From Candidatus Bathyarchaeia archaeon (GTDB taxonomy: Archaea > Thermoproteota > CALKCG01 > B24), in the NCBI GenBank assembly GCA_038870975.1, contig JAVZJD010000001.1, forward strand, positions 384,001 to 448,000: DNA of 64,000 nucleotides, in the 5' to 3' direction. The translations under genes were made by a program, and so were the position numbers. Below the pieces are notes generated by a model. That model saw nothing but the letters and a program-made list of their open reading frames with translations. It did not search any database and was not told where the DNA came from. Below are positions 50,819-60,772 of the stretch, one piece after another (position 1 is the first letter of the stretch; every line of letters begins with the position of its first letter).

Positions 50819-51592
50819 CTAGCTTATGTATGTTATGCTCTCTCCCTTCATCCTCTCTATCGTCTTCTCAAGACTCTTCATCTCAGCTTCCACTTCTGAA
50901 ATAACTTCACCTATTTCTTTAAGAATATCCCTCTTAAGACCTTCCAATGGTATTTCCACGTTGAGAAGCCTACTTAAAACTTTAAGAACTTCACCAGTAG
51001 ATTTGGTATCTACCACATATCCAGACGTCTCTCCGAGGAGACATATACCTTTTAAATCGTAGAATTCAGCTAAACCGACGATTATCCCGGCTAATCCAAC
51101 TATCGGATTCCCCCATCCACCTACTTTAGCGCCTACGGTTTTAAGCTGTTCAAGTATTTCACGGTCTGTTGAAGCACCTATAACCATGGGAGTCGGGTTT
51201 TTAGAGAAACTCTGATAGCCTCCTAAGGCTATGACTACGTCAACACCCTTCTCTTTAACGTAGTTTAAAAGCTCGGAGACTATCACATAACCGCCTTCGA
51301 CACTCTGAGGCTGAGCATCACCAGTTAAAAGTATAAGGTCTCTACCTTTTTCATCCGGGTTGTCCCAGTAGTATATTTCAAGTCTTAGAAGTCTAACAAT
51401 ACCATTCTCATCAGACAGAACATGGTATGGGAAGTATGGTGAATATACTTCTGCGATTTTCTCAGCCCTCAAAACGTTAACCATGTGCATAACAGCTAGT
51501 TTGCCTATATAACCTAAACCTGGAAAACCAGCTATAAGCACTGGTTTTCTAGGCTTTATTTGTCTAAATTCTCTGATTTCAACGTTTTTCAA
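50819..51592 (-). CDS. PAC2-family proteasome assembly chaperone
   Basis: GFPGLGYIGKL, GDAQP, LGG, CLLGET; downstream of nop10. Confidence 0.9.
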   Translation of the reverse strand: MKNVEIREFRQIKPRKPVLIAGFPGLGYIGKLAVMHMVNVLRAEKIAEVYSPYFPYHVLSDENGIVRLLRLEIYYWDNPDEKGRDLILLTGDAQPQSVEGGYVIVSELLNYVKEKGVDVVIALGGYQSFSKNPTPMVIGASTDREILEQLKTVGAKVGGWGNPIVGLAGIIVGLAEFYDLKGICLLGETSGYVVDTKSTGEVLKVLSRLLNVEIPLEGLKRDILKEIGEVISEVEAEMKSLEKTIERMKGESITYIS

Positions 51593-51750
51593 GATGATCT
51601 CCTAGCCTTTATCCTGTAAACTTCAAACTTATTTTGAAGTGAAAATTTTGCAGGATGGGGGACTCTAACTTCTCCTCCACAGTATGGGCAGGCATCCTGC
51701 CTAAGAGTGTAAGAAGAACATTTTACACATTTCCTTAGAAGCCAAACCAT
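51589..51750 (-). CDS. nop10: H/ACA RNP protein Nop10 (53 aa, absent from the ORF track)
   Basis: [37 protein letters not shown]...; canonical position between aIF2-alpha and PAC2. Confidence 0.95.
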   Translation of the reverse strand: MVWLLRKCVKCSSYTLRQDACPYCGGEVRVPHPAKFSLQNKFEVYRIKARRSS

Positions 51751-52535
51751 TAATGCTCCTCCTTAAATGAAACGGTTCCGCCTCTACTTTTCATAGTTTT
51801 CTCTATCAACTCAAATGCTTCTCTAAGAGTGCTTTGTGCTTTCTTATAGTTTCCAGCTGAAATTTCAATTGCGTATCTAGGGGCTCCTATAGAATATGCT
51901 TCAACTGTAACTTCTTCATTGCTCAACCTCTCAGCTTTCATCAAAGCCTCTTTGATATCTTCTATTCCATCAGGCTTAAGAGTGGTTATTTCAACTGTTC
52001 CTCGGATTTTAACCGGTTTTTGTTTGATTTTTTCAGTAGCGACTTCGTAAAAGACTTGAGCTAAATCTTCAGGAATTCCAATAGTTGTCAGAATCTTCGG
52101 CCCTCTTGTGGAAAGTCTATGGAAAACCTCGTATAAATCTCCGAAATGCGCCTCAAGTCTTCTACCGTAGTTGGCGTAAAGTTCATCATATGTTTTGCCG
52201 ATCCTATCCGCTACAAGTTTAAGCATGCTCCTGCCCTTAACCCTTCTCTTCCAATAGTATAGCTCTTCTTCCTTCTCTTTCTCTGAAACCCTCCTAAGGG
52301 ATAGATCTATCAGATTTTTAGATGGGTTGACTCTAAGCACCCTTAAGACGAGCTTCATGTCTTCCTTTATATGTTCTCTGATGTTTCTAACCCAACTTGA
52401 AGATATTTCAGATACGTGTAAAAATCCTTTTTTACCGCCATACTCATCTAGCCTAACATATGCCCCATACTCGGTGATTGTTTCAACTGTGCCTATTACT
52501 AGTTCATTTAATCCAGGCCACTCTTCTTCACTCAA
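51750..52535 (-). CDS. eif2a: Translation initiation factor 2 subunit alpha
   Basis: S1 domain [30 protein letters not shown]. Confidence 0.97.
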   Translation of the reverse strand: MSEEEWPGLNELVIGTVETITEYGAYVRLDEYGGKKGFLHVSEISSSWVRNIREHIKEDMKLVLRVLRVNPSKNLIDLSLRRVSEKEKEEELYYWKRRVKGRSMLKLVADRIGKTYDELYANYGRRLEAHFGDLYEVFHRLSTRGPKILTTIGIPEDLAQVFYEVATEKIKQKPVKIRGTVEITTLKPDGIEDIKEALMKAERLSNEEVTVEAYSIGAPRYAIEISAGNYKKAQSTLREAFELIEKTMKSRGGTVSFKEEH

Positions 52536-52729
52536 CCTAGAACCTCCAATATTTCGCAGTTAAACTTACCCTTACCACCTGTGGGTTCAACTAAGACTTC
52601 GCCACATATGTGACATTTCACCTGCGTCCCAGGATGACTAAAGACAACTTGCTCATCACCACATGATGGACATTTAACTCTAATGAAGGCGCTTCTAGGC
52701 TGTGGAATGAGCTCTTTTTTCCTTTTCAA
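52532..52729 (-). CDS. rps27e: 30S ribosomal protein S27e
   Basis: [17 protein letters not shown]...CHICG..L.EPTGGK. Confidence 0.97.
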   Translation of the reverse strand: MKRKKELIPQPRSAFIRVKCPSCGDEQVVFSHPGTQVKCHICGEVLVEPTGGKGKFNCEILEVLG

Positions 52730-52783
52730 TGAGTCCCTCCCTCCTCTACGTAGAGGGGTATTCTACTGCTTTTAACTTTTCGG

Positions 52784-53590
52784 TTAAAGCCTTAAAAGCT
52801 CCAATATTTCAAATGCTAGTTCCACCGTGGAGGTAGCTATTAGAGCTAACCTCGTGTCGACTGCCAGTTTGAAGCTCAATTCTCCTCCAAATTCGTCGGT
52901 TATAACCCCTCCAGCCTCTCTAACAATCAGTACTCCGGCTGAAGCATCTACCGCTCTTAAGACCCCTCTCAAATCTATGAATACGTCGAAGACTCCGGAA
53001 GCAACCATACAGAAGTGTAGAGCATTGGAGCCTAAAGACCTTACACTGTATGCTCTCTCTACGACCGGTAAAAGTAGGGATAGGTATTTAAAAGCTCTAC
53101 CTTTAGCACTAACATCTAGCGATATGATACTCTCACTGAGGCTTTTGACTTTCGAAACCGTTATCCGCCTGTCGTTTAAAAACGCACCTACTCCTCTGGC
53201 CGCGTAGTAAATAGCTCCTCTAGAGAAGTCTACAACCCCTCCGACAACTATATCACTTGAACTGTATCCTTCGGCTAAGGCAAGCGATGTTGAGAATATT
53301 GGAAAACCCCTTGAGGCATTGGTAGAGCCGTCTATCGGGTCTAGTACGGCTATTATACCACCTCCTCCATGTACTTTCACAACGCCAGCATCTTCAGAGA
53401 CTAGTGTAAACCCTCCGATCTTCTCCGAAAGCGCATCAACTACTATTTTCTCAGCCAACTTATCTATGAGCAGAGTCCTCCCAGAGACTGGTTTAAAGGC
53501 CTCTGGGCTTTCAAGAGCTTTAACTATTCTAGACTTCGATTCCTCTAAAACTTCCTTTAAGACCTTTAAGTAGTCCATTGGACTGCTCAT
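52784..53590 (-). CDS. Inositol monophosphatase / bifunctional FBPase family
   Basis: SED, LDPIDGSTN, RSLGS, D..AG..IVREAGG. Confidence 0.9.
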   Translation of the reverse strand: MSSPMDYLKVLKEVLEESKSRIVKALESPEAFKPVSGRTLLIDKLAEKIVVDALSEKIGGFTLVSEDAGVVKVHGGGGIIAVLDPIDGSTNASRGFPIFSTSLALAEGYSSSDIVVGGVVDFSRGAIYYAARGVGAFLNDRRITVSKVKSLSESIISLDVSAKGRAFKYLSLLLPVVERAYSVRSLGSNALHFCMVASGVFDVFIDLRGVLRAVDASAGVLIVREAGGVITDEFGGELSFKLAVDTRLALIATSTVELAFEILELLRL

Positions 53591-53952
53591 CCTCTACGGC
53601 TTTTAAGGATCACTAGTGCACTTGCAAGGTTTCCACCGGATTCTTCTAAGGCCTTCCTAGCCTCTTCAACCGTTACACCCGTTTGAGAAGCTAGAAGCAT
53701 TACATCGTCTTCGGATATCTCAGGTTTTTCTACAACCTCTTCAGTCTTCTCGACAGCCTTCTCAGAAATTCTCCCAGTTATTTGGAAGACTTTCTGACCT
53801 CCAACCTCCATAACCATTACATTGGGTTCTTCAATTAGAAGCTCCTTCTCATCCATATATATGACTACTCTCTCAACACCGTCGAGAGCCTCCATTTTAA
53901 CACCCATACGGCTCATAAGTCTCCTAGCTTCCCTAGGGCTTATCTTCCTCAA
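53587..53952 (-). CDS. nac: Nascent polypeptide-associated complex protein
   Basis: SPREARRLMSRMG, C-terminal UBA-like DVMLLASQTGV...GGNLA. Confidence 0.93.
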   Translation of the reverse strand: MRKISPREARRLMSRMGVKMEALDGVERVVIYMDEKELLIEEPNVMVMEVGGQKVFQITGRISEKAVEKTEEVVEKPEISEDDVMLLASQTGVTVEEARKALEESGGNLASALVILKSRRG

Positions 53953-54330
53953 CTAGGTCTCCACATAACTTTCACACTTGGACGTTTAAAACCGTTACTA
54001 ATGACTCCGTCACAATCTCTCCCACTTCTGAAGAAGGTAGGTCTCCTCACGACAGATTAGTGAATTTCTCTGAATTTAAAGAAGCCCAGTAGTAGTCCTA
54101 TATAGACATGCGTTAAACTCTTAGGGGATACCTTCTGTCTTAGAAAACCCGAGTTGTAAAGAACCCCCTGGTTAAGATTATTAGTATAAATGGTAAAAAG
54201 TCATCCAATGATGGATTTAAACTGCTACTTCCTTTGACATTTCTTCTACCTGAGAAATATTTCCCAAAAAGGCATGTAACTTTTTGCGGTAAAATTTCCA
54301 TTAAGCTAAAATTCCTCTTCTGATTAGGCT

Positions 54331-55821
54331 CTACCTGTAGTAGTTTTTCAAAGCGTTTAAGGCTTTGATGTATTGCTCATAAAGGTTTATGTAGATTTCC
54401 CTGTTTTGGCTTGGGATGTATGTTTCACTTATACGTACTGACGATAGGGCTTCTTCAAAGCTACTGTAGACACCTATTCCTTTAAAGGCTGTTAAAGCGG
54501 CTCCGAATACCGTGGCTTCCCTTATGGTGTTTACGTAGATGGGCATAGCCGTTACGTCTGCTCTCAACTGATTCCAAAGTTTGTTCTTGGACCCCCCGCC
54601 TACAACTCTGACAGCGTTTATCTGGAAGCTTATAGATTTGATTAGAGCATTTACAGCGAGTTTAAGCTGGTAGCTTAAACCCTCAAGCGCAGCTCGATAT
54701 ACGTGGGCTCTAGAAGTCCCAAGCGTTAAACCGAGCAGTGTACCCTCTGTTTTAAATCTTCTAGTTGGACCAGAGTCTTTAACGAAGCTTGGTATGAATA
54801 GTAATCCTCCTGAACCGGGTGGTATGTCAGAGGCTTCTTTAACCAACGCATTGTAATCGCCTTCCGAAAGCTCAGGGTATAGCTTCTCCCTAACCCATTC
54901 CAAAACTGCTGAAGCTATCATCAGAAGCTGAGGATTCCAAAGGCCTGGCTCAACGTCAGCCTCGGTTATAACACCCCATTCAAACCCCTCCCTAGAAGGG
55001 TTAAAAACACTACTTCTAACCGCCAGGATTTCCCAAGTGCCACTTGACAGTACAGCCTCACCGTGTTTAACACCAGCTCCCAATATTGCGAATTGAGTAT
55101 CATGGCCGCCTACGACAACAGGAGTACCCTCGGCTAAGCCGGTTTCCTCAGAAGCTTTAGCCGTAACGTAGCCTACTATTTCGCCAGGTTCAAACCAGTC
55201 AGGGAAGAACCCCGCGTCTAACTTGGCCAGTTTAAGCATATCAGGAGACCAATCCCTCTTGGCGAGGTCCATAGCCATCATAGTGGAGGCGCTGGTAGGT
55301 TCTACGTGGAATACGTTTGTAAGCCTATGCGTTATTAAACCAGGCATCATAAGCCATGTATAGGCTTCATCCAAAGCCTTAGGCTCATTCTCCCTAAGCC
55401 AGATGAGCTTCAAAAGCGTATTGAAGGATATTATCTGGTAGCCTGTTATTCTGTATATCTCCCAAGGGTCCATAATCGATGGTAATTGCTCAGCGAGCCG
55501 AATAGTCCTGGGGCATTGCCAACATATGGGTGGATAGGTCAATTCACCGTTTCTCTTAACTGGAGCACCATCAGCCCCCCAAGTGGTAACGATCACAGCG
55601 TCAACTCTACTGACCTTGGATAATACGCTTCTAAGAACAACACGTATCCTATTCCACAGTTCATCCATATCCCATATGAGCCAACCAGTTCTACCGGGTT
55701 GAGGCGAAGGCCTATTCGACACGGTAGATTGAGCTGTAAAAGCACCGTTTGAATCTACAATAACAGCTCTAACATTCGTAGAGCCGCAGTCTATAACTGC
55801 CACACGCCTATCAGTCTTCAT
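54331..55821 (-). CDS. fucK: L-fuculokinase-like FGGY kinase
   Basis: DCGSTNVRA, TTWGADGAP, YPPICWQCPRT, GHDTQFA, LSSGTWEIL; these match my recollection of bacterial FucK. Confidence 0.8.
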   Translation of the reverse strand: MKTDRRVAVIDCGSTNVRAVIVDSNGAFTAQSTVSNRPSPQPGRTGWLIWDMDELWNRIRVVLRSVLSKVSRVDAVIVTTWGADGAPVKRNGELTYPPICWQCPRTIRLAEQLPSIMDPWEIYRITGYQIISFNTLLKLIWLRENEPKALDEAYTWLMMPGLITHRLTNVFHVEPTSASTMMAMDLAKRDWSPDMLKLAKLDAGFFPDWFEPGEIVGYVTAKASEETGLAEGTPVVVGGHDTQFAILGAGVKHGEAVLSSGTWEILAVRSSVFNPSREGFEWGVITEADVEPGLWNPQLLMIASAVLEWVREKLYPELSEGDYNALVKEASDIPPGSGGLLFIPSFVKDSGPTRRFKTEGTLLGLTLGTSRAHVYRAALEGLSYQLKLAVNALIKSISFQINAVRVVGGGSKNKLWNQLRADVTAMPIYVNTIREATVFGAALTAFKGIGVYSSFEEALSSVRISETYIPSQNREIYINLYEQYIKALNALKNYYR

Positions 55822-55843
55822 ACAAAGAAGACTACTATCGCTG

Positions 55844-55933
55844 GAAACTTAAGTTTTCAGATATTATATTCTATATAAAGAGTAAGTATAGGGAGTGATG
55901 GATGATTTAAAACCATCTTAAAACTTAAGTTTC
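55844..55933. promoter_or_regulatory. Mirror-image promoter elements of the divergent fucK and amidohydrolase genes
   Basis: AAAACTTAAGTTTC on each strand (55844-55857 minus; 55920-55933 plus), each exactly 22 nt before its start codon. Confidence 0.6.
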
Positions 55934-55955
55934 AAGAGCGGAGTAGTAAGCTTCG

Positions 55956-56723
55956 GTGGTTATTCTGAAGGTTGTAGATGCACATGTCCATCCTCCAACT
56001 GATGGAAACATTAGAAAGTTTGTAGAAACGTGTGAAAAAGCTGGAATTGTGAAAAGCTTTATATGCGGCCTTCCAGAGGGTTTTGGAAAAATGGGCAATG
56101 ATGCCGTTGAGAAGGCTTTCAGAGAATACCCAGATTTGATTAAAGGATTTGGATACGTAGACTTGGGGAGAGACAGTATTCAAGTAGTAGACAATTTATA
56201 CGCTAGAGGGTTCACAGGGCTTAAGTTTATAGGTCCCCCGAAGCCCTACGACGTAGACGAATATTTCCCATACTATGAACGCGCAGAACAATATGGCATG
56301 ATTACGCTGTTCCACACAGGTATAGTAGCTAGAAGCGAAACCGACAAGATTAGAAGAGTTTCATCTAGAAACATGCGCCCAGTCTACTTGGAGACTATAG
56401 CTAGAAGCTTTCCAAAGCTTAAAATAATTGGAGCCCACCTTGGCCACCCATGGTGTGAAGAAGCCACAGTAGTATCGTTTCATAATCCGAACGTCTACTT
56501 CGACGTTTCAGGAGGACATACGTTTTACATAGCCTTAACTCTTAGAAGCCGCCTATTCTTTGATATTAAGACTTCTAAGCTCCTCTTTGGTTCAGACTCA
56601 CAGCCGGAGGAATTTCAAAAATACATACACTTCTGGCTGACTGTACTCCCCCAGCTTGGAGCTACTAGAGAACAAATAGAGGAGATATTCTATAAGAACG
56701 CTGAATCTCTCCTTAAGAGATGA
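55956..56723 (+). CDS. Amidohydrolase-2 family metal hydrolase
   Basis: DAHVH, FHTG, AHLG, LFGSD. Confidence 0.88.
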   Translation: MVILKVVDAHVHPPTDGNIRKFVETCEKAGIVKSFICGLPEGFGKMGNDAVEKAFREYPDLIKGFGYVDLGRDSIQVVDNLYARGFTGLKFIGPPKPYDVDEYFPYYERAEQYGMITLFHTGIVARSETDKIRRVSSRNMRPVYLETIARSFPKLKIIGAHLGHPWCEEATVVSFHNPNVYFDVSGGHTFYIALTLRSRLFFDIKTSKLLFGSDSQPEEFQKYIHFWLTVLPQLGATREQIEEIFYKNAESLLKR

Positions 56724-58033
56724 GTTTTATGTTGGATTTTAAGGTTGAAATGCCGATGTTGAAGACACCAATATCGCTTATAGTAGACGACCCTGCGCCG
56801 TATGTAAACCACTTATACTATCTCAAGAAATTCCTAAATCCCAACTACCCAGAATACTATGAGGAATTTAAAACAATTCCGAACGAATTCTTGGAAAGCT
56901 TCATAGCAGTCGTAAAGAGGCAAAATATCAAGGGAAAGTTTAGCGTTATTCCAAACCCAGCAGGCCAAGGGTACATAGATAGTGGAGTCGAAGGGTACCC
57001 GAAGGAGGGGGTGGAGTGGTGGATTAGAAAGGTTAGAGAAGATGTAGCCCCTCTATTCGACATAACACCTGAGATGCTAACCCATACGAATGCTCTAGAT
57101 CTTAAAACAGGTAAACTCCTACCTATGCATGAGCAGACCTGGGCCAGTAGTCAAACAGTTGAAACTTTGACAGACTACATAGCTAAAGCCTTGGAGACCC
57201 TGAAGAACGTAGGCTTTGAAACGAACGGTGTAACATCCCCAGGGGCCTTCGGCATAGACGTAGAGTCTAAGTATGCGAAGGCTGTTTTAAACGCCGTTAA
57301 GAGGGTTTACGGAGTTAAATTGGCATGGTACTTTCTTAAAGTCGATCCAAGATCATACGTGGTCTATCCAAAGCTTGCCTACCTTGATAAATACGATGGG
57401 GAAGCCGTGGTAAGCATTGTAAGCGGCAATGATGATGTAATATGGGAAACTATGACGCCTGAGAGTAGGAGGACGTGGTGTAGAGGTAGAGCATTAGAGT
57501 ATGCAGACTACTACATAACCAGCGACGGTAAAAGGGGGAGGCTAGTGGAACTGTTAAACTCTGGAAGCTACGTAATCTTCCATACGCATTGGAATAGCCT
57601 ATGGTCTAACGGTGCTGAGCATGGTTTAGAGGTTATGGATGAAGTCTTTGAAAGGTTGAACAGTCTACTTAAAGATAGAATAATATGGATGAAGCTTAGT
57701 GAAATAGCATCACATTACGCCGCTTCGAAGACGCTGGACATTCATGTGGATAGGAGGAGTAGATTTTTAAGGTTACTTGTTGAGAATATGTTTCCATGCA
57801 GGGATTTAACGGTGAGTTTTAGAGTAGACTTTAAAGTTGGGAAAGTTCAACTGGCTAGAGGCCAGTATAGAAGCGGATGGGATGAAGCAAAGGTTTCCGA
57901 GACTGTGGCAGAGTTAAATAGATGCGAAAATGAATTGCAGTCTAACGGTTGGATTCAGAAGCAGGATAAAATATACGTATGCTTCGACAACACTATTGGA
58001 AACGTGCTAGAGCTAACGGAGGCATCTACTTGA
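56720..58033 (+). CDS. Hypothetical protein, possible deacetylase/GH-like barrel
   Basis: 437-aa ORF overlapping the amidohydrolase stop (ATGA); IVDD, KGKFS, PEMLTH, GVTSPG, HTHW. Confidence 0.6.
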   Translation: MSFMLDFKVEMPMLKTPISLIVDDPAPYVNHLYYLKKFLNPNYPEYYEEFKTIPNEFLESFIAVVKRQNIKGKFSVIPNPAGQGYIDSGVEGYPKEGVEWWIRKVREDVAPLFDITPEMLTHTNALDLKTGKLLPMHEQTWASSQTVETLTDYIAKALETLKNVGFETNGVTSPGAFGIDVESKYAKAVLNAVKRVYGVKLAWYFLKVDPRSYVVYPKLAYLDKYDGEAVVSIVSGNDDVIWETMTPESRRTWCRGRALEYADYYITSDGKRGRLVELLNSGSYVIFHTHWNSLWSNGAEHGLEVMDEVFERLNSLLKDRIIWMKLSEIASHYAASKTLDIHVDRRSRFLRLLVENMFPCRDLTVSFRVDFKVGKVQLARGQYRSGWDEAKVSETVAELNRCENELQSNGWIQKQDKIYVCFDNTIGNVLELTEAST

Positions 58034-58367
58034 GGTCTATTGAAACTTCTCCACGCCTTACTACAACCGTAACCTCGTCGCCTATATCAGGCTTAAACTC
58101 GAGCGAATCCCACTCTCTCTTAGTCAGCCAAAGCGTAAACCTAGGTGTTCTAACCATGCCCCTCTGAGTGAAAGGCATACTTTGAATAACCTGTTGAATT
58201 ATTGGAGCAACTTCTCTAACTATCCCGGATTCATCGGTCGAAGTTATTATTGGAGGAGGGATAGGCTTATACTCTGAGAAATCCAATTTGACGCATTCGC
58301 CTTCAACAGGATCCTGCGTAAGAACCTTACTCGTAAGAACGGCTTTAAAAACTATATCCGCTTTCAT
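58026..58367 (-). CDS. Arcadin-1 homologue
   Basis: 113 aa; SK....DP......K.D..E....P.P...REV.P...Q...S.PF......PR.TLWLT..E......D.GD pattern recalled from Pyrobaculum arcadin-1. Confidence 0.8.
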   Translation of the reverse strand: MKADIVFKAVLTSKVLTQDPVEGECVKLDFSEYKPIPPPIITSTDESGIVREVAPIIQQVIQSMPFTQRGMVRTPRFTLWLTKREWDSLEFKPDIGDEVTVVVRRGEVSIDLK

Positions 58368-58914
58368 TTAGAGACCAAGTAAATTTAAGCATAGACTCTG
58401 CTTTAAAGTCTTTGTTTTAACGTGTAGACTTTACTTTCACACTAACGTATCATTCAGAACCTAAAGCTTTTTCAAGCTAACTCTCTTTAAAGGCTGAGGA
58501 CAACTTTTCAAGTTAAAAATAAGCCGTATAGAGACAGCCATTGAAGAGCTTGAACATGCAAGAGTTGAAAGAGAGGCTCTAGGCAAATCCATACTACTAA
58601 AGTCGAAAGCCTAAGCTTAACGCTAATATTCGAAGGAATATTGACGACTAGAAAAAAGCTCATACGAAATAGAAGTAGACGACGGATTAATATTAGTGGA
58701 CTATATAAATGGCGAGCCCCTGTTCAGACTTACACATGAGCACGCTACAACCTCCCAAAGTCTACAAGGTAGCACTCTAACTGGGGAAGAGAAGATAGAG
58801 AATAATGAGAGGGTTTAAACCATATGTAAAAATTAAGCTATTGGATATCATAGAGTTATCAATGTGAAAGCCGATACTATTATACACGTCCTCGGTAAGT
58901 TCGGCGGGTAAACT

Positions 58915-58936
58915 TTATTAAGGTAAACCTTAATAA
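58915..58936. promoter_or_regulatory. Palindromic operator upstream of the TA operon
   Basis: TTATTAAGGT-AA-ACCTTAATAA, 17 nt upstream of the antitoxin ATG, overlapping a TATA-like sequence. Confidence 0.65.
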
Positions 58937-58953
58937 GGAGACGTAGAGGTTCC

Positions 58954-59181
58954 ATGAGTGGATATGTCGTAGTGGCTGCAAAAGTCCCTAAGAAGGTTAA
59001 GGAGCTGATGGATACTCTAGGGATAAAACCAGGTCCTGTTATAAGAAAGGCTTTGGAGGAGGAGATTAAGAGGGTTCTTCTTGAGAAGTTGGAGGATGAC
59101 GCTAAAAGGCTTAGCTTAAAGCTTAAAGATATAACTGACGATGAGATTGCCGAGTTGATTAGAGAGGATCGGGAGCGTTGA
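58954..59181 (+). CDS. RHH-type antitoxin (VapB-like)
   Basis: VVVAAKVPKKVKE...IRKALEEE...IREDRER; stop overlaps the PIN gene start. Confidence 0.85.
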   Translation: MSGYVVVAAKVPKKVKELMDTLGIKPGPVIRKALEEEIKRVLLEKLEDDAKRLSLKLKDITDDEIAELIREDRER

Positions 59182-59570
59182 AGTATCTTTTAGACGCTAG
59201 TGCCTTAGTGAATATCGTCAAAAGAGGAGAGCTATTTAAGCTGTATGATGCTGTAACCCTCGACTTAGCCTTGTATGAAGCTTTAAATGCTATTTGGAAG
59301 GAGCATTTTCAACTTAGAAAGATAGATAGGGACACAGCTATAGAGTTTATTACGATTTTCCAGAGAATTTTTAATGTAATAGATAAGATATCGATAGAGG
59401 GGTTGGAGAGGGAAGTGTTTGAAACTTCATGTAAATATGGACTAACAATTTACGATGCTTCATATATAACCATTGCCATGAAAAATGACTATATTCTAAT
59501 TACCGATGACGAAAAGCTTACAGGAAAGATTGGCGGAGTGCTAAAAGTGAAATCTAGTAGAGAAATATGA
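59178..59570 (+). CDS. vapC: PIN-domain VapC toxin
   Basis: YLLDASA, YEALNAIWK, LTIYDASY, LITDDEKL. Confidence 0.9.
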   Translation: MKYLLDASALVNIVKRGELFKLYDAVTLDLALYEALNAIWKEHFQLRKIDRDTAIEFITIFQRIFNVIDKISIEGLEREVFETSCKYGLTIYDASYITIAMKNDYILITDDEKLTGKIGGVLKVKSSREI

Positions 59571-59579
59571 CCATGCTCA

Positions 59580-59870
59580 ACCATAAGTGGTCTACTATGT
59601 GTAAAATCCACGATTATTAAGGGATGGACGTCGAGACTGCTCAGAGTCCTTTTGACTGCCTCGTAAATTCCATTACGAGTACTTTCTCATAATCTAGTGT
59701 TTCACCCTCCACGGTCATCTCCCTGACTATAGCCACCTCATCCTTAAGCCTATGTCCAGTGGCACTCGTAAGAAAACTCTCCCTACCCGTGTACATAACG
59801 TCCAATACTTCGCCAAGCTTTTGTCAATAACGGTCATGGTAGCTCCAGTATCAACTAAAGCCTTACAATT
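59580..59870 (-). pseudogene. Clan AA (retropepsin-like) aspartic protease remnant
   Basis: KALVDTGATMTVIDKSLA followed by frameshifted SATGHRL...VEGE / LDYEKVLV / LDVHPLII; no intact 5' end. Confidence 0.7.
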
Positions 59871-60070
59871 TAGTAAAGAGCAAGTGAATAGACAAGTTTG
59901 TAGAACAATAATTTTATATGATTATGAGCACCCATAAACATCTATGATTGAAACAGCTAGAGAATAATAGTATCGACCCATATTTCGTGGAGAGCCTATG
60001 TAAATTCTCCGTAGAGAAATCGTAGTAAAGGTAGATGGGAGAAGGTCTGCCATACTGGGTATTTTTGACT

Positions 60071-60772
60071 TTAGATTACGTATGCTTCTACGTATTTATC
60101 GAAACCACGTTTTTCACAGACGTTAAGAAAGCTTTTCACATCGTCATATGATTTCTCATATATATGGGCTGAGTTTGAAAAATCGACGTAAGGTCCCGGT
60201 TCAACACCTATAGTTGACGCCACGGTTTTCATAAGCTCTGTTAAAGCTAGCATATTCATATGGGCTGCTCTAAATAGGTCGCGACTTCTCCACTCACTCT
60301 GCATGACAAGTTTACCGTTGTATATCTTAAACCAGAGCCTTTGAAGACATGGTGGAGAATCTAAATTCACATCTTTAACCGGTATCCATGTTATGGCTTG
60401 AGCTCTACGTGTATAGGGGATGTTTTTAAGTTTCCTAATTACGTAGTCCATCTGATTAAAGCCATCAACGCCGTATTTGAAAAGCCTCTCGTGGTAAGTA
60501 TAGGGGAGTTTACCTTCTTGAACAAGCCTATCTTTAGAGCCGTTTAAAACCTCTTCCATGTAATTCTTCAAGCCAACTACTGCTAAGACGTCCCCCCTGT
60601 GAACCCTAGGCTCTTTAAACGGATCCTCAACAACCATTAGAAGTGTGGCTTCTTTAGCCTTTTCACCATACTCTGTTGGGACTTCAACACCGTGTCTCCA
60701 AACCTCTAAAACTGCGTGCTCCCAGACCGAGGCTATTGAAGAGCCTCTAACAACTACTATTGGTGCTCTCAT
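60071..60772 (-). CDS. thyA: Thymidylate synthase, archaeal ThyA type
   Basis: YTYHERL, TRRAQA, PPCLQ (catalytic Cys), RSRD, SAHIY. Confidence 0.88.
   Translation of the reverse strand: MRAPIVVVRGSSIASVWEHAVLEVWRHGVEVPTEYGEKAKEATLLMVVEDPFKEPRVHRGDVLAVVGLKNYMEEVLNGSKDRLVQEGKLPYTYHERLFKYGVDGFNQMDYVIRKLKNIPYTRRAQAITWIPVKDVNLDSPPCLQRLWFKIYNGKLVMQSEWRSRDLFRAAHMNMLALTELMKTVASTIGVEPGPYVDFSNSAHIYEKSYDDVKSFLNVCEKRGFDKYVEAYVI

Noticed and set aside
54205-54255. Possible C/D box sRNA (ATGATGG…CTGA)
   Set aside because: No convincing D'/C' boxes and no rRNA/tRNA target I can identify
58500-58620. EELEHAR as a rubrerythrin/ferritin ExxH remnant
   Set aside because: Single short motif with no supporting flanking similarity
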